Assembly: GCA_013816405.1 (NCBI GenBank)
Contig: JACDEL010000005.1
Span: 3,210-67,209, forward strand
Length of the DNA: 64,000 nt
Origin: Chloroflexota bacterium
GTDB lineage: Bacteria; Chloroflexota; Limnocylindria; QHBO01
Direction: 5' to 3'
The notes under the pieces are model-generated. The model worked only from the letters and a program-made list of their open reading frames with translations. It was not told the DNA's origin and did no database searches. The translations under genes were made by a program, and so were the position numbers. Positions 61,833-64,000 of this stretch are shown here, piece after piece (the first letter of the stretch is position 1; each line of letters starts with the position of its first letter).

Positions 61833-63253
61833 ACCGCGACGGGCTGGTCGAGGTGCCCGAGAACGCGCTGCTCGAGGAGCGCATCGCGTTGGGGCTGACC
61901 GCACCGCAGCTGGGGATCGTCACCGGCGCGGTGCTCTTCGGCGCCGCGTTCAACCTGCTGCCGCTGTGGGCGCCCCTCAAGGTCATGCTGATCCTGCTCA
62001 TATCGGGCCCCGTCGCCCTGGCCGCGGTGTTGCCCGTCCGCGGCCAGCCCGCCTACCGCTGGCTGCTACGCGCGCTGCGCTACTGGCGCTCACCGAAGAT
62101 CTGGCGGCCGATGGTGGTGACTGCCGTCACCGCTAATTCACCGGCAGAAGCAGCCAGTAAGCCGCCAGTAAGCCACGATGTGGACGATAGCGCGGAGGTA
62201 GCCACAACAGGCCAACCGCCAGACGTTAGGCAGGCGACCGCATCCTCACCTGCCGAGGAGCGAGGGGCTATGGACGGCGCGCCGGCCCGGCTGCGGCTGA
62301 TCCGCCCGGACCAGTCCGGACCTGATCCGGACACGGCGGCTCTGAGGGAGGACCAGCAGCAGCGACCTCCCTCGGTCCCCTTCGTGCTCCTCGGCCCGCG
62401 CCTGGTGTGCTTCCTCTCCTTCGTCGGTGGCGTTGGCAAGACAACGCTGGCCGTCGAGACGGCGTCGTACGTCGCGGCGCACGCCCGCTATCGCACCCCC
62501 GAAGGCGAGACGCTTGGCGTCCGCGTCCTGCTCATCGACGCGGCGCGGCTCGCGGCAGCGGCTGGGCTGCGCCTGGGCCTTGACCCCGATGGCCTGTCGA
62601 AGGCGTGGACCTACCGCGACTGGGCGGATCCGCAGGCCGCGCTCGACGCCCGGGTGCAGAGCCGCCACCGCGTCGACGTGATCACGCTGCCACCCCATCC
62701 ACAGCTCATGGGACGGGAGCGGCCGGTCGCCGAGGACGTCGGGGACGAGTTCCGCGCGCCCGAGGCAGAAGCGTTGCTCAACGCGGCTCGCGGCGCTGCT
62801 TACCAGTTGGTGGTGGTCGACCTCGGTGGTCTGCTGGAGGACGGCCACCGGGTCCTGCTCAAGGAGGCGGCCGTGATCGTGGGCGTGGTGCGCCCGACGC
62901 TCGAGTCGCTGCCCGACGTGCTGCGCCTCGCCAATCATCTTCGCGAGGTCGGCTTGGGGAGGAAGCTGGTGCTGGTCGCCAACCAATGCGAGGACGACAC
63001 TGAGCTGCGCCGCTTTGCGCGCGAGGCTGACGTGCCCCTCATCGGCGCTGTTCCGCCAAGTCCGGCCTTCGTAGCGGCCGCAGACCGCCATGAACTCGCC
63101 TGGCGGGCCGATCCTCGACTCAGAGATGCGCTGCTGCCGATCGCGCGCACGGTGTGGCCGCTCGATTCGCTGGCGACGCAGCCGCGGGCCAATGGTTCCC
63201 TCGCCGGCTTGCTTCGGCGCGCGCTGAGCCGTGCCGGCAGGCACGACCGATGA
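61829..63253 (+). CDS. Fusion of a PrgI/VirB3-like membrane module with a CpaE/TadZ-type (MinD/ParA-family) P-loop ATPase domain
   Basis: GTG 61829 overlaps the previous stop (GTGA). The N-terminus is EERIALGLTAPQLGIVTGAVLFGAAFNLLPLWAPLKVMLILLISGPVALAAVL...YRWLLRALRYWRSPK (PrgI-like: fGLT.rQ). After a linker, the C-terminus is VCFLSFVGGVGKTTLAVETASYVAAH ... YQLVVVDLGG ... LVLVANQ. Confidence 0.65.
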   Translation: MNRDGLVEVPENALLEERIALGLTAPQLGIVTGAVLFGAAFNLLPLWAPLKVMLILLISGPVALAAVLPVRGQPAYRWLLRALRYWRSPKIWRPMVVTAVTANSPAEAASKPPVSHDVDDSAEVATTGQPPDVRQATASSPAEERGAMDGAPARLRLIRPDQSGPDPDTAALREDQQQRPPSVPFVLLGPRLVCFLSFVGGVGKTTLAVETASYVAAHARYRTPEGETLGVRVLLIDAARLAAAAGLRLGLDPDGLSKAWTYRDWADPQAALDARVQSRHRVDVITLPPHPQLMGRERPVAEDVGDEFRAPEAEALLNAARGAAYQLVVVDLGGLLEDGHRVLLKEAAVIVGVVRPTLESLPDVLRLANHLREVGLGRKLVLVANQCEDDTELRRFAREADVPLIGAVPPSPAFVAAADRHELAWRADPRLRDALLPIARTVWPLDSLATQPRANGSLAGLLRRALSRAGRHDR

Positions 63254-64000
63254 GGCCCGCCGGCGCTGTCCTCAGCAAGGCCACGCTCGGCAAGGTACGC
63301 CGCATGCTTGTGGCGCGACTGTCCCCCGAGGTGCTCAACCCGTTCGCGCGGAGTCCCGAGCACGATGCGCTCCTGCGCAACACGCTCGCCGAGATCTGCG
63401 CGGACCCCGAACTCGACTTGGCTCCCAGCCCGGCAGTGTTGGCGGAGATCGAGGCCGAGATCTGCGGCCTCGGTGCGTTGCAGCCGCTGGTCGACGACCC
63501 CGAGGTGGCCGACATCCTAGTCAACGCGCCGGACGCCATCTTCGTCGAGCGCTCCGGGCGCCTCGAGCAGACCGCTGTGCGGCTGAGCGGCACACGCGAG
63601 CTGATCGACCTCGCGGAGCGCATCGCTGCGCTGGCCGGGAGGGAACTGTCGGTCGCCCATCCGGTGGTCGACGCGCGCATGCCGGACGGCTCGCGGGTCA
63701 ACGCCGTGATCCCGCCGGTGGGCGGCCCGTACCTGTCGATCCGCAAGTTCAATCGCCTGCGGCTCGACCTCGTGCCGGGCGGCCACCATGGGCGCAGTTG
63801 GGTCGAGGCCGACGGCATGAGCGCCGAGCTGGCCGACTTCCTGATCGCCATGGTCCGCGCCCGCGCCAACCTCCTGGTGGCGGGCGAGACGGGCGCCGGC
63901 AAGACGACCCTGCTGCGCTCGCTGACCGACGCCTTCGCACCCGACGAGCGGGTTGGCGTGGTGGAGGACACCGCCGAGCTGGCGTTGGAGAACGCCAACC
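63250..64000 (+). CDS. CpaF/TadA/VirB11-family secretion ATPase, 5' part (runs off the right edge)
   Basis: Not in the ORF track because it has no stop in the window. ATG 63250 overlaps the previous stop (ATGA). My translation is ...LQPLVDDPEVADILVNAPDAIFVERSGRLEQTAVRLSGTRELIDLAERIAALAGRELSVAHPVVDARMPDGSRVNAVIPPVGGPYLSIRKF...NLLVAGETGAGKTTLLRSL. Confidence 0.85.
   Translation, partial: MRPAGAVLSKATLGKVRRMLVARLSPEVLNPFARSPEHDALLRNTLAEICADPELDLAPSPAVLAEIEAEICGLGALQPLVDDPEVADILVNAPDAIFVERSGRLEQTAVRLSGTRELIDLAERIAALAGRELSVAHPVVDARMPDGSRVNAVIPPVGGPYLSIRKFNRLRLDLVPGGHHGRSWVEADGMSAELADFLIAMVRARANLLVAGETGAGKTTLLRSLTDAFAPDERVGVVEDTAELALENAN

Noticed and set aside
60660-63998. Long minus-strand ORFs 60660..61904, 62246..63244 and 63120..63998
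   Set aside because: Their composition is Arg/Ala/Gly/Pro-rich and low-complexity. They lie antisense to plus-strand genes with clear motifs (GGVGKTT P-loop, CpaF blocks, TM helices) and coupled starts.

Overview
High-GC bacterial DNA. Genes are Shine-Dalgarno-led and many have 1-11 nt stop/start overlaps. The taxon cannot be determined from the sequence alone. Apart from tatC at the left edge and a block of secreted proteins and lipoproteins at 51-55 kb, the window reads as one long accessory defence island or integrative element. Recognisable modules, left to right:
- AbiEi/AbiEii (3.5-5.3 kb)
- Gabija gajA/gajB (8.7-12.1 kb)
- an unknown gene translationally coupled to an Xre-RES toxin-antitoxin pair
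- a DUF1883-TIR protein and a DUF4062 protein
- a long co-directional block (18.8-30.9 kb) holding a complete type I R-M operon (hsdM-hsdS-hsdR) with DUF4209/HEPN, YgjP peptidase, a HicB-like gene, a GGCT-HEPN fusion and a HARE-like wHTH gene
- one IS481-family copy with a GCTAGC target duplication
- three PD-(D/E)XK-like genes plus a HEPN-like gene
- a Beta-protein gene next to a HigB-like/HigA-ImmA pair
- a 981-aa tyrosinase-vWA fusion
- a tightly coupled alpha/beta-hydrolase + Zn-peptidase + MBL operon
- a Cas1-like pseudogene with no array
- an OLD-family ATPase-Toprim nuclease
- two Phd/YefM-like genes
- the start of a T4SS/Tad-like secretion cluster

Many gene remnants show repeated turnover: integrase, E1/ThiF, PLD, methyltransferase, DUF4160/DUF2442 and glucosaminidase. 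I found no rRNA, no foldable tRNA and no CRISPR array by eye. All family names come from motif recognition in the translated ORFs; no database search was run.
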